64,000 nucleotides of DNA from Octopus vulgaris (taxonomy: Eukaryota): contig OX597831.1 in NCBI GenBank assembly GCA_951406725.2, positions 62,930,001 through 62,994,000 of the forward strand. The letters run 5' to 3'. The stretch's first letter is position 1. Every line of letters starts with the position of its first letter. Of the stretch, positions 63,698 through 64,000 are shown piece after piece. The translations under genes were made by a program, and so were the position numbers. The notes beneath the pieces were generated by a model that searched no databases, had not been told where the DNA came from, and saw only the letters and a list, made by a program, of their open reading frames with translations.

Positions 63698-63913
63698 ATT
63701 TTGTGTGTCTGTGTTTGTCCCCCTAGCATTGCTTGACAACCGATGCTGGTGTGTTTACGTCCCCGTCACTTAGCGTTTCGGCAAAAGAGACAGATAGAAT
63801 AAGTACTGGGCTTACAAAGAATAAGTCCCGGGGTCGAGTTGCTCGACTAAATGTGGTGCTCCAGCATGGCCGCAGTTAAATGACTGAAACAAGTAAAAGA
63901 GTAAAAGAGAGTA
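63467..63913 (+). mobile_element. SINE family A
   Basis: Full-length, close to consensus. Confidence 0.93.
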
Positions 63914-64000
63914 AATAAGATTGTGAATTATTGTTTTGTTAGTATATATCTGCTTTAGCGCTCTACTTTACCTTTATAACACCTATCACATAGCCGATCA

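Overview
AT-rich, repeat-dense eukaryotic non-coding DNA. It is most likely cephalopod (Octopus-like), inferred from the tRNA-derived SINE families and the very high (TA)n/(GATA)n/(TACA)n microsatellite load. No intact host protein-coding gene is recognisable, and most listed ORFs are microsatellite or SINE artefacts. The window is a graveyard of mobile elements: about 14 copies or fragments of one SINE family and about 6 of a second; Penelope-like elements of two types (Neptune-like and Naiad-like); CR1, RTE and R4/Dong LINE fragments; mariner, MULE, Merlin, pogo and Chapaev3-like transposase relics; MITEs with target-site duplications; and non-autonomous Helitrons. The main result of the hunt is a set of at least five sequence-distinct families of small elements carrying type I hammerhead ribozyme folds (11.5, 14.3, 38.2, 41.0, 42.3 and 61.7 kb, plus decayed ones). 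Most abut (TA)n tracts, and several show partial tandems, 5' fold-back inversions or an end exactly at the predicted self-cleavage site. This suggests a Penelope-mobilised retrozyme-like system. Also notable are a textbook recursive-splice motif on the minus strand (29.6 kb) and a twin-priming-type inversion in an RTE LINE. All folds and family assignments were read by eye; no searches or folding programs were run.
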